Source of the DNA: Acidobacteriota bacterium
GTDB lineage: Bacteria; Acidobacteriota; UBA6911
Direction: 5' to 3'
Assembly: GCA_963664705.1 (NCBI GenBank)
Contig: OY761556.1
Location: 2,400,001-2,464,000 of the forward strand
DNA length: 64,000 nt
The notes under the pieces: model-generated
Database searches by the model: none
What the model saw: the letters and a program-made list of their open reading frames with translations, nothing else
Told to the model about the DNA's origin: nothing
Shown: one piece after another, positions 10,525 to 19,870 of the stretch
Position numbering within the stretch: position 1 is the stretch's first letter
How the letters are laid out: every line of letters starts with the position of its first letter
Made by a program: the position numbers and the translations under genes

Positions 10525-11061
10525 TCAATTTGTGTCCTTCTTCTTTTTCTGGAAATCCAGGAGAACGGACAATCGCGAGTCCGGAGCCTCATTCTGGCAG
10601 GAACAGGCTCCCTCATTCAGATCGGCTCCGCATTTATAACAGAGCCCCTTACAATCCTCGCTGCAAACAAACTGCATGGGCATCGCCAGTTCAATCTGCT
10701 CCAGCACCAGCAGATTCACATCAAAGGCTATGCCGTCATAATACGCAACTTCCATTTCTTCATATCGGAGTTCTATCTCTGCGTCATCATTCGTCCACTT
10801 CGGCTGCGGCAAATACGGCAAGTCGAACTTCGCGGTGATAGAGCGGGAAAACTCCTTTAAGCACCTGGAACACCGGAAACGAATCGCCGTTTCCACCGTT
10901 CCGTCCAAACAAAGATCGCGATCGCTGTGGCTGAGGACGAAATCGGCAGTTACCGGCCCGGCCAGCGTCGCATCTTCGTGAGAAAACTTAATTTCTCCAA
11001 CCGGGAAGACATGGCGGACATGAAGCGGCTCAGGTTTCAGGTCCTCAATTTCAATGAACAC
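10525..11061 (-). CDS. DUF177/YceD family protein
   Basis: CSRCL and CSEDCKGLCYKCG motifs; upstream of rpmF. Confidence 0.9.
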   Translation of the reverse strand: MFIEIEDLKPEPLHVRHVFPVGEIKFSHEDATLAGPVTADFVLSHSDRDLCLDGTVETAIRFRCSRCLKEFSRSITAKFDLPYLPQPKWTNDDAEIELRYEEMEVAYYDGIAFDVNLLVLEQIELAMPMQFVCSEDCKGLCYKCGADLNEGACSCQNEAPDSRLSVLLDFQKKKKDTN

Positions 11062-11220
11062 GGTAAAACTCCTACGTCCAGCGAGGGGGAAAATATATTA
11101 CGGGAAGTCCTTTGTCAAGGATAAAGCCCATGGAAATACAAGGACTTACAGCACCGAGTCGATTCCCGCGTGATCCCGGCTGCATTCAAAAAGTCCCTAA
11201 ATTCCATTCCCGGCAGTGGA

Positions 11221-12006
11221 TTATGGCTGTTGTCCAGGCTTGGCAGCTTTCTGCAGCTTCTCCAACTCCGCCATGACCCTCTGCTGTAGCTGATTGAGCT
11301 GTTGTCCCTGAGAACCGGCCTCACGAAGCACTTTTATTGCCTCATCCCGCTTCCCCTGTGCAACCAGAACCTTCGCCAGATCAATATTTAGATCCTCTTT
11401 GGGCAGATCACATTGCGAATCCCGCAACATCCCGTCAAGGATTTCCTTGGCGCCGCGATAGTTACCGGAACTGGTGTATTCCGTGGCAAGCGCCTTTTTG
11501 GCCAGATATCCAACCGTACGGTCCTTCGAATTGTTGGAAACAGCTTCGAGATTCTCCACCGCTTCCTTTTTCTGTCCCAATTGAAGCTGGCTGAGCCCAA
11601 GATAATATCGCGCTACCACCGATATCTTGGAATACCCAAACCCGGATACAATCGACGAAAATTCTTTGACCGCAGCCTGGTATTTAGCTGTTTCATTCTT
11701 GAAAGTCGGTACCGGCCCCTTTCCATAGGGATCAGCAGTCGCATCCGCAGCAATATCCCCATGGAAATAGCTCATGCCTTTCCACAGCATCTGCTGTGCT
11801 TCCCCCTGCCTGGAGTCAAGGTACTGCAATCCGCCATAAACACCGACCGCCAACAGAACGATCACTGCAGCAACAATGCCGACCTTCTTTCCGTTCATCT
11901 TAAAAAACTCGATCATATGAATCATCGATTCATGAACCGGGTCTTCGGCAAGTATTTCTTTTCGAGTAAGCTTGGTAGTGCCCACGGGTACCTTCCTTGA
12001 ATGCAA
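11221..12006 (-). CDS. Membrane-anchored TPR protein (YfgM-like)
   Basis: Single N-terminal transmembrane helix followed by TPR-like helical repeats (ARYYLG...). Confidence 0.7.
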   Translation of the reverse strand: MHSRKVPVGTTKLTRKEILAEDPVHESMIHMIEFFKMNGKKVGIVAAVIVLLAVGVYGGLQYLDSRQGEAQQMLWKGMSYFHGDIAADATADPYGKGPVPTFKNETAKYQAAVKEFSSIVSGFGYSKISVVARYYLGLSQLQLGQKKEAVENLEAVSNNSKDRTVGYLAKKALATEYTSSGNYRGAKEILDGMLRDSQCDLPKEDLNIDLAKVLVAQGKRDEAIKVLREAGSQGQQLNQLQQRVMAELEKLQKAAKPGQQP

Positions 12007-12356
12007 ATAAGCTTAGAAAAATAGCATACCTGGACACATCAAGCAATCATTAGATACAAAGAAGCCCTCTCGGCCCATTTACGCCTGGGATGCCAATCTG
12101 TACCCACGCCTCGCAGTTCCGAAGGCGCATGTATTTTAGTTATGAATTTCGAAGTCGGACCTGACGTATCCCTAAGGAAACCGGGGAGCATGCCTAGGGC
12201 TGGACAATGAAGGTCAGGACTGATTTTACCTCTGCTCCCAGAAACAGCATGAGAACGCAAGCGTAAGATGCTATGATACTCGGAATTTAGAACACATTCG
12301 GATTTTTGGGGGACTTCGAAGCGTGGGTGCGCACAAGATCCCTCAGGAGGGTGAGG

Positions 12357-13718
12357 ATGAAGAAGACTGTATATTTGACGCTTTTGTTTCTGAGCGCTGC
12401 TATCCTTCTTTCGATCGGTACTTCGATTGACAGCTCTCATGCAGCAGATAGCCCCCAGATTACCGTTGCCTACAGCGGCAATATGATCGCATACATGGAA
12501 CCGTGCGGCTGAGCGGACACGGGAGCACAGCTCGGAGGGCTGTATAAAAAAGCTGCGTATCTGGAACAGTACAGAAAAGACCATGGCGGCCTGGTAATCG
12601 TCGATTCCGGGGACATGTTCAGTGAAGACGAAGAACTGCCTGAGTCCGTTGAAAAATCTGCAAAGCTGAAGGCGGAAACGATCGCCCAGATCTATACAAA
12701 AATCGGGATCGACGCGGTGAACGTCGGCGAACTTGATCTGGTGCTGGGTGTTGAATACCTGAAGGGTCTGGCGAAAAAGCAGAACTTCCCACTTATTTCG
12801 GCCAACATGGTCGACAAAAAAGGGCTGCCTGTTTTCAAACGCTACGTCATCAAGAATGTCAACGGCAAGAATGTCGGTATCTTCGGCATAATCGGCGACA
12901 CTTCTGAGATGACGGCCAAAGTGACCGAGATCACCAAAGGCGCGGTCACGGTGACCGATCCTTTGAAGGCGGCTGAAGCCATCGTCAAAGAACTGAAGGG
13001 CAAAGTGGATTACATGATCGCCCTGACACATCAGGGCACGAATCGTGACTGGGTCATCGCCCGCAGAGTTCAGGGTATCGACCTCGTAGTTGGCGGTCAT
13101 GACAAGCAGAAGACCAAGGATCCTAATGAAGCCGATAAAACCCTGATCGTTCAGGCGGGAGAGAAGAACCAATACCAGGGCATGCTCCAAGTTGCCATGG
13201 ACGGAACGAAGAAATGGACCAACACTCTTCTTCCGATGGGAGACGACATCCCGAGTGATCCCAAAGTTAAACAGATGATCAGCGATTACAATGACAAGGT
13301 CGCCGCTCTGTACGGCGGAACCGGTGAAGCCAAACCGGCCGCAGCCTCAGTAACCCTGAGACTCAGCGTATGCGAACCCTGCCACGCAGATCAGGTTAAG
13401 GCCTGGAAGACATCTCCCCATGCCAAAGCCTATGATACGCTGGTCAAGAAGAATAAGAATTTTGACCCGAAGTGCCTCGCCTGCCATACGACTCGTTTCG
13501 AACAGCCTGATGGCTTCTCCATGAAGACGCAGCAGATGGAACTGGTCAACCTTCAGTGCGAATCCTGCCACGGCTATGCGAAGCAGCATCTTAGCGACGG
13601 CAAGCCGATCCCAACGCCGAAGCCCCCCGTGGCCGTTTGCGTAAAGTGCCACACCGCAGACCGTTGCCCGAACTTTGAGAAGGAGTTCAAGCAGCTGGTG
13701 GAGAAGATCAAGCACTAG
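12357..13718 (+). CDS. Secreted UshA-like selenoprotein fused to a tetraheme c-type cytochrome (Sec at codon 52, TGA 12510-12512)
   Basis: ORFs 12306-12512 and 12615-13718 are in the same frame, separated only by TGA in EPCG*ADTGAQLGGL, and read on through VDSGD. Has a signal peptide, an upstream AGGAGG and four CxxCH motifs (CEPCH, CLACH, CESCH, CVKCH). Confidence 0.82.
12527..12543 (+). promoter_or_regulatory. Putative bacterial SECIS element
   Basis: ACAGCTC-GGA-GGGCTGT hairpin begins 14 nt after the in-frame UGA, with a G-leading apical loop about 22 nt after it. Confidence 0.65.
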
Positions 13719-13750
13719 GGTAAGTCAGGAGTCAGAAGCAAGAAGCAAGA

Positions 13751-13783
13751 AGAGCCAGGGATTTCTCCCTGGCTCTTTTTTTT
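13751..13783 (+). terminator. Rho-independent terminator (possibly bidirectional)
   Basis: AGAGCCAGGGA-TTTC-TCCCTGGCTCT followed by a T run, between convergent genes. Confidence 0.85.
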
Positions 13784-13792
13784 GGGCCAATA

Positions 13793-15169
13793 CTATTTTC
13801 CTATCATGGCATGATGGCGCCGATACGGGCGAATGGTCAGCAGAAATACGAAAAACATCACGATCGAGGCGCTGCCAACTGTCAGCGAAAGAGACACTCC
13901 CAGCATCTGCTCGTTGTGGAACCAATAATCATTGAGCAATCCAGGGATGTACGGCCCCATGGTCAGCCCACCCAGATTGAGGAAAAACAAAAACAGAGCC
14001 GCGACCTGCCCTCTTACCTGGTTAGGGAATATCAGCTGCAGTGCGGCAACAGAAGTGCCCATGGGGAAGGAAAGTAGAAACATACCGACTGCCAGCAATG
14101 CCAGAGTCCAGCGAACGTCCGATACCAGCGTCGCCGGAGTCAAGAAACAGAAAATGCCTATCGCGCTGATCAGCGCGACCCTGATGGGGCCTTCTGCAAT
14201 GCCCCTTTTCTGCCAGCGGTCGCTCAAAAGGCCGCCGATATACATACCCGGGCAGGCAAAGACAATCATGATGATCGCCAGCGTCTTTCCGGTTTGTGTG
14301 GCCGTCCAGCCGTGGATTCTGGGAAGAAAGACCGGGACCCACGAACTGATTGCATAGTTGCAGGTGGATTGAAAAATCATCCCGACCGGAATACCGATCA
14401 CAGACTGCCACCGCAATCCCATTTGTCTGAAGGCTTCGGCAAAGCTGGTTTTGACTGGAACGCCTCCCGCCGCCATCAGCAGATTCCGGCGCAGAGGTTC
14501 CTTGATCGTGAAGACGAGCAGCGCAAACAACAAACCCGGCAATCCTACGATCAGGAATGTCACTCGCCATGATGCAATGGCGCCAAGCAACGGAACGCTG
14601 ATCGTCGGAATGCGGGCCAGGGCATCTACCGTCATGCCGCCAACCAGTAGGGCCAGGCTCGATCCCAGAAAAAGTCCAAAATAGAAAATGCTGATTGCCG
14701 TCCCGATGCGTTCTTTCGGGAAATAATCGGAAATGAGAGAATACGCGGCCGGGCTGAGCCCTGCTTCCCCAACTCCGACGCCAACTCGCGTCATAAACAA
14801 AGAATAGTAGCTCTTGGTTGCGGCACACAGGGCGGTAAAGGCGCTCCAGACAACGACGGAAACGGCAATAACATTGCGACGGCTGTAGGTATCCACCAGC
14901 CTTCCCAAGGGCAATCCCATCAATGTATAAAACAAGGCGAACGAAAAACCCTGCAGGAGGCCAATCAGGCTGTCGCTTACATGCAGGTCTCTTTTGATTA
15001 ACGGAACCAGGAGGCTCAGGATCTGCCGGTCCACAAAAGAAAGCATATACATACCGGTCAATATCGAAAGCACATACCAGGCATAACGAGTATTCGGCTT
15101 CCCTTCACTTCCACCGGAGTCCCTCTCGGATCCCGGAGCGGATGGCTCAGGCTGCACTGCAGTGGCCAT
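13793..15169 (-). CDS. MFS transporter (spinster/ACS-like)
   Basis: About 12 transmembrane segments; SFVDRQ, GRLVDTYSRR and RVGVGVGEA motifs; start ATG 15169 after GGGAGG. Confidence 0.9.
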   Translation of the reverse strand: MATAVQPEPSAPGSERDSGGSEGKPNTRYAWYVLSILTGMYMLSFVDRQILSLLVPLIKRDLHVSDSLIGLLQGFSFALFYTLMGLPLGRLVDTYSRRNVIAVSVVVWSAFTALCAATKSYYSLFMTRVGVGVGEAGLSPAAYSLISDYFPKERIGTAISIFYFGLFLGSSLALLVGGMTVDALARIPTISVPLLGAIASWRVTFLIVGLPGLLFALLVFTIKEPLRRNLLMAAGGVPVKTSFAEAFRQMGLRWQSVIGIPVGMIFQSTCNYAISSWVPVFLPRIHGWTATQTGKTLAIIMIVFACPGMYIGGLLSDRWQKRGIAEGPIRVALISAIGIFCFLTPATLVSDVRWTLALLAVGMFLLSFPMGTSVAALQLIFPNQVRGQVAALFLFFLNLGGLTMGPYIPGLLNDYWFHNEQMLGVSLSLTVGSASIVMFFVFLLTIRPYRRHHAMIGK

Positions 15170-15500
15170 TAAAACCTCCCTGTTACGCAGCGTTATTTGA
15201 TGTGCGGCCATGCTATCGAAAAACCGGCAGGGACGCCACCACTTTCCCGCTTTCCGAAGCGACTCGCACCTCCGTTTCACACAAATGAATGAATCCGTTG
15301 CCTGAGACTATCTTCGAGCGTTACACGCATGTTCAAAACATCCTGAATGCCGGCAAATTGTGATCCGTTTTAATTTGCGCTTCCGCTGAAATTTATGAAG
15401 GGACAACCATTTTTGGTGATATATTGCCCCTCGTGCGTTGCGGTCGATCCCTTGATCGCAGCTCGTTCTTCCCCATCAGCATGCACTAAGAGGAAATGAG

Positions 15501-16964
15501 ATGATCACAAAAGAAAACCTGTTGCAGATTGTAGGCAATGGTCAGGTGAGCCAGGAGCCCGCTGTCCTGGACGCCTACGCCAGGGATATGAGTTTTGTGA
15601 ACGCCATTAAGCCCCGCTATGTTGTAAAGCCTCAAAACGGTCAAATGGTGCAAAACCTGGTGAAACTGGCCAGCGAGACCGGAACACCCTTAGTCCCGGT
15701 CAGTTCCGGACCTCCGCATTTTCGGGGAGATACCGTCCCGAGTGTTGGAGGCGCAGTCGTCGTAGATCTGAGTGAGATGAAGAAAATCATTTTTGTCGAC
15801 CGCCCGCGCAGAGTCGCAATGGTTGAACCGGGCGTAACATTCGGCGAACTGATACCTGCAGTCGAAAAGGAAAATCTCCGGCTCAACATGCCGCTTCTGC
15901 CAAGAGGTTCGAAGTCTGTTGTGGCCAGCATTCTTGAACGAGAGCCCGTGGTGATGCCCAAATATCAATGGGATATGTCCGATCCATTGGCGTGTGCCGG
16001 TCTGTTCTTCGGCACCGGCGACGAATTCCGCACCGGGCAGGCTGCGGGACCTGGAACCATCGACGAACAATGGGAAGTGGGCGGCCTGCAAAAGGCGCCT
16101 TACGGACCCGGCACCGCATCGCTGCACCGTGTGATTCAGGGTGCACAGGGAACCATGGGAATTGTCACATGGGCTTCCATGCGCTGCGAAATACTCCCCA
16201 ATATTGAAGAAGGGTTCGTGGTTGGTGCCGCAAAGCCGGATGCCTTGCTCGAACTCACACACTGGCTCATACGGCTTCGCATCGTGAATGAATGCTTCAT
16301 ACTGAACAGCAGTGAGCTTGCCGCAATCTTTGCGAAAGATGCCAACGAATTCAAAGCCATTAAAGATACGCTGCCCGCGTGGACGCTCTTTTACGCCATC
16401 GCCGGTTATGAATGTCTGCCTGAAGAAAGAGTCAGCTCTTATATCAGGGACATCACGGATCTAACCCAGAGGTTGAACGTACAGGCACTCAAAGCGGTGG
16501 GAGCCATTTCGGCCAATGAAATTTTAAAAGTCGTAAAAAAGCCATCGGCAGAGCCGTACTGGAAGCTTCGCAATAAAGGTGCCAGCGAGGATATATTCTT
16601 TTTAACCATCAATGACAAGCTTGCGGATCAGATTGCGGTAATGGAGGATCTGGCCGATAAAGCGGGCTATCCCACATATCTCATGGGAACCTATATACAA
16701 CCGGTGGTCCAGGGCACCGGCTGTCATTGCGAATTTACGCTCTTCTACGATCCAACCAACCCCAATGAATACAACCGGGTCAAGGAGCTATCCGTCTCCG
16801 CCACCAAAGCCCTGATGGCCAAGGGGGCCTTTTTCTCGCGGCCTTACGGTGAGAATGCAGGAGTGGTTCTCAACCGCGACGCGGCCAATCTTTCCGTTCT
16901 GAACAAATTCAAAAAGATTTTTGATCCGAACAACATCATGAATCCGGGAAAACTGTGCTTCTAG
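15501..16964 (+). CDS. FAD-binding oxidoreductase (VAO/PCMH/GlcD-like), subunit 1
   Basis: VVDLSEMKKI, VEPGVTFGEL, GAQGTMGIVT and C-terminal FDPNNIMNPGK. Confidence 0.85.
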   Translation: MITKENLLQIVGNGQVSQEPAVLDAYARDMSFVNAIKPRYVVKPQNGQMVQNLVKLASETGTPLVPVSSGPPHFRGDTVPSVGGAVVVDLSEMKKIIFVDRPRRVAMVEPGVTFGELIPAVEKENLRLNMPLLPRGSKSVVASILEREPVVMPKYQWDMSDPLACAGLFFGTGDEFRTGQAAGPGTIDEQWEVGGLQKAPYGPGTASLHRVIQGAQGTMGIVTWASMRCEILPNIEEGFVVGAAKPDALLELTHWLIRLRIVNECFILNSSELAAIFAKDANEFKAIKDTLPAWTLFYAIAGYECLPEERVSSYIRDITDLTQRLNVQALKAVGAISANEILKVVKKPSAEPYWKLRNKGASEDIFFLTINDKLADQIAVMEDLADKAGYPTYLMGTYIQPVVQGTGCHCEFTLFYDPTNPNEYNRVKELSVSATKALMAKGAFFSRPYGENAGVVLNRDAANLSVLNKFKKIFDPNNIMNPGKLCF

Positions 16965-17018
16965 GAGAAGCCGAGCGAAGGAAAATTTACGACCCAAAGG
17001 AGATAGGAGGTTCCCATT

Positions 17019-18284
17019 ATGGGACTGGATCAATATAAAGGCGATATGGATATGTGCTGCCGGTGCTCCACCTGCAAATTCATACCTTTGCAACAGGTGA
17101 CCGGCTTCGAATACGCAAATGTTTGTCCCAGCATCTCAAAATATAACTTTCACAGTTACTCGGCGGGCGGCAGATTGAACATCGGCGCAGCGATGTTGAG
17201 GGATGGATTCACTTACTCAGACAAACTCCTTCACATCGTCTACAACTGCCAGATGTGCGGCGCCTGCGGCGTCTCCTGCAATTACGCAATGGATATGGAA
17301 GTCATACAACCGATCCAGGAATTCAGGATGAAATGCGTGGAGGACGAAAAAACCAATCCTGCACTCGATACCGTGATTGCCGGGCTCCGGAAGCAAGGAT
17401 CCATGGTGCCGCCAACCGGCAAACGTGGAGAATGGGCTGCCGGCCTCAAGATCAAAGATGCGACAAAGGAAAAAGTGGACGTGCTTTATCACGTTGGCTG
17501 CCTTACCAGCTTTGACAAAGACAAGCAAAAGCTGGCCAAGGCTACTGCAAAAATCCTCCAGAAAGCCGGAGTTGACTTCGGTATCGCCGGAGACGCGGAA
17601 CCATGCTGCGGTGGGCGTGCCTACCAGATGGGCTATAAGGAGGATTTTCTAAAACAGGCCCAGAAGAATATGGATCTGATAAAAAAGTCAGGCGCAACGA
17701 CTGTCGTAACATCGTGTGCCGACGGGTATCAGGCTTTTAAGGTCCTCTATGACCAGTACGGACTCAAGGGAGACCTCAAAGTACTCCATATCTCGGAATG
17801 CATCGATAGCCTGATTCAGAGCGGCAAGCTGAAACTCGAAAAGAAAGTGGATCTGTCGGTGACCTACCACGATCCCTGCCGGCTGGGAAGGCTGGGCGAG
17901 CCTTGGATCCATTGGGAGGGGAAAAAGATTCCAGGAGACAGATTCGTCTTTGATCCCCCCAAGACATACCGTAAGGGAACGTATGGCGTATACGATCCCC
18001 CACGTCGTGTTTTGAAAAGCATCCCGGGACTGAAGTTCACCGAGATGACCAGGATCAAGGAATACGCCTGGTGCTGCGGCGCCGGCGGCGGTGTCAACGA
18101 ATCCAATCCCGAATTTGCCAAGTGGACGGCAATGGAAAGAATCGAAGAGGCCGGCTCTACCGGTGCAGAGGCGATTGTTACCGCGTGTCCTTGGTGTGAA
18201 AAGACCTTCAATGAAGCCATTCAGAACAACCGCGGCAGTATGAAGGTCTACGACATTGTCGAACTTGTTGAGCAGGCTCTTTAA
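17019..18284 (+). CDS. Fe-S oxidoreductase, GlpC/HdrD-like (two 4Fe-4S motifs plus two CCG domains)
   Basis: CCRCSTC...CP, CQMCGACGVSC, PCCGG, YHDPC, WCCGAGGG and TACPWC motifs. Confidence 0.88.
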   Translation: MGLDQYKGDMDMCCRCSTCKFIPLQQVTGFEYANVCPSISKYNFHSYSAGGRLNIGAAMLRDGFTYSDKLLHIVYNCQMCGACGVSCNYAMDMEVIQPIQEFRMKCVEDEKTNPALDTVIAGLRKQGSMVPPTGKRGEWAAGLKIKDATKEKVDVLYHVGCLTSFDKDKQKLAKATAKILQKAGVDFGIAGDAEPCCGGRAYQMGYKEDFLKQAQKNMDLIKKSGATTVVTSCADGYQAFKVLYDQYGLKGDLKVLHISECIDSLIQSGKLKLEKKVDLSVTYHDPCRLGRLGEPWIHWEGKKIPGDRFVFDPPKTYRKGTYGVYDPPRRVLKSIPGLKFTEMTRIKEYAWCCGAGGGVNESNPEFAKWTAMERIEEAGSTGAEAIVTACPWCEKTFNEAIQNNRGSMKVYDIVELVEQAL

Positions 18285-18302
18285 TTGGGAGGATAACCAG
18301 TC

Positions 18303-19772
18303 ATGGCATTAGACAAGGACATCTATGCGGCATTCGAAGATATAGTGGGACCGGAAAACATCTGCAATGATCCCGTGATCACGCCTTCGTATCACGCAAC
18401 CGAGTTCGCGGCAGTTGTTCTCCCGAAGAATACAGCCGAGGTACAATCCATCGTCCGGTTGTGCAACAAACTCAAATTGAAATTCCGACCGGTCTGCACG
18501 GGATGGACCGGCACATTCCAGCCGGGAATCGTTTATCTCGATCTGCGGCGTATGAATCGTATCATCGAGATCAACGAAAAGAACATGTACGCCGTTGTGG
18601 AACCCTACGTCATCTCGGCCCAGCTGCAGGCAGAACTGATGAAAAGAGGCCTGCACTTCAATGTGAAGGGCGCGGGAACCAACTGCTCCGCGATGCTGAG
18701 AGGACATGGACACCTTGACCAGAGCACCAGCGGTGACGACCGGAACCACCTTGCCATCGAGTGGGTGACTCCGGAAGGAGACATCGTTCGATCGGGCGCT
18801 CTCGGCTCTTCTGACGAATGGTTCAGCGGCGACGGCCCCGGCCCATCCATACGATCCATTCTCACAAGCGCCGTGCCTCCGGGAGTAACTCCGGGCGTAT
18901 TTACCAAGGCCGCGGTAAAGGTCTATCACTGGCCGGGACCCGCCAAATTCCCCATCCAGGGAGTATCGCCGAATTATTCCCTGAGCGAAATTCCCACCAA
19001 CATGATGGCTCGTTACTACAGCTTCCCTTCTGTCGAGAAGATGTGGCAGGCGGAAATCAAGTTGGGAGAAAATGAAATCGCGTTTGAACTGATGGGATTC
19101 AACATCTCGATGGTTGCAGCCAATATCACAACCAGCAACGAGGAGGAGGAAGCCACCTTCAAACGGATGAACCAGGAGGTACAAGGCCCCGGGTTCTTCA
19201 TCATCCTGGCGGGCAATTCCGCCGCAGACTTCGCCTACAAAAAGCTCGCTCTGGAGCAGATCGTGAGCGAAGCCGGCGGCATATCGCTAAAATCGTGCGA
19301 GGACCCAAGAATAGAGGGAATCCTGATTTGTCAGTGCATTCGCGTCTCGGCTTCCATCCGCGAGACTTTCCGCGCAGGCGGCGCTTTCAGTTCAATCCCG
19401 GTGATGGGCCAGCGCGATCTAACGATCAAATGGGCTATCGGTGCCGGCAAGGCCAAGGAGCCGCTGATCCAGCAGGGCCTCATTGTTGATGATGGTGGCG
19501 CCTTCTTCGGCTGGGGCGTTGAGCAGGGCCATCTCGGAAAAACCGAGATTTTCTGCAAATTCGATCCCCAGAATCTGGAAGCAAAAGCAGCCGTGGAAAA
19601 GTGGAACCAGGAACAGAGTGCGCGCGCATTCAAAGAACGCTACTTTGCTCCGTTGATGAGCCCGACAGAGGAGATAGGGCCCGGTATGTCCAACTATCAC
19701 CTATGGTGGAACAAGATTACCAAAGCTCTCGATCCGAATGGCGTGGTCCCCGCAGCGGGAGCGCTAGTGTAA
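18303..19772 (+). CDS. FAD-binding oxidoreductase (VAO/PCMH/GlcD-like), subunit 2
   Basis: VLPKNTAEVQ, LDLRRMNRI, VVEPYV, EWVTPEG, GDGPGPS and C-terminal LDPNG. Confidence 0.82.
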   Translation: MALDKDIYAAFEDIVGPENICNDPVITPSYHATEFAAVVLPKNTAEVQSIVRLCNKLKLKFRPVCTGWTGTFQPGIVYLDLRRMNRIIEINEKNMYAVVEPYVISAQLQAELMKRGLHFNVKGAGTNCSAMLRGHGHLDQSTSGDDRNHLAIEWVTPEGDIVRSGALGSSDEWFSGDGPGPSIRSILTSAVPPGVTPGVFTKAAVKVYHWPGPAKFPIQGVSPNYSLSEIPTNMMARYYSFPSVEKMWQAEIKLGENEIAFELMGFNISMVAANITTSNEEEEATFKRMNQEVQGPGFFIILAGNSAADFAYKKLALEQIVSEAGGISLKSCEDPRIEGILICQCIRVSASIRETFRAGGAFSSIPVMGQRDLTIKWAIGAGKAKEPLIQQGLIVDDGGAFFGWGVEQGHLGKTEIFCKFDPQNLEAKAAVEKWNQEQSARAFKERYFAPLMSPTEEIGPGMSNYHLWWNKITKALDPNGVVPAAGALV

Positions 19773-19861
19773 CAGTAGTCAGTAGTCAGTAGTCAGTAGT
19801 CAGTGGGCAGTGGATGGAACAAGTGTTCACACTGCCTACTGAATACTGCCTACTGACTACT
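19773..19861. repeat. Heptamer tandem repeat with an inverted copy, forming a hairpin of about 90 nt
   Basis: (CAGTAGT)x4 CAGTGGG CAGTGGA ... ACTGCCT ACTGAAT ACTGCCT ACTGACT ACT, between convergent stop codons. Confidence 0.85.
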
Positions 19862-19870
19862 CGCCAGCCG

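Noticed and set aside
12160-12218. Possible structured RNA or riboswitch upstream of the selenoprotein gene (CCTGAC/GTCAGG and CCCTAAGG/CCTAGGG pairings)
   Set aside because: The stems are short and I could not match a known riboswitch consensus; an Rfam/Infernal search would be needed.
12510-12512. Reading the TGA as a pseudogene nonsense mutation
   Set aside because: The C-G-UGA context, the downstream SECIS-like hairpin and an otherwise intact gene favour selenocysteine; not fully excluded without the sel genes.
12039-13190. 383-aa antisense ORF over the selenoprotein gene
   Set aside because: Mirror-frame shadow of a gene with strong codon bias; it has no recognisable motifs, whereas the + strand carries a signal peptide and family motifs.
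19773-19861. CRISPR array
   Set aside because: The units are 7-bp tandem repeats without spacers, and no cas genes are present.
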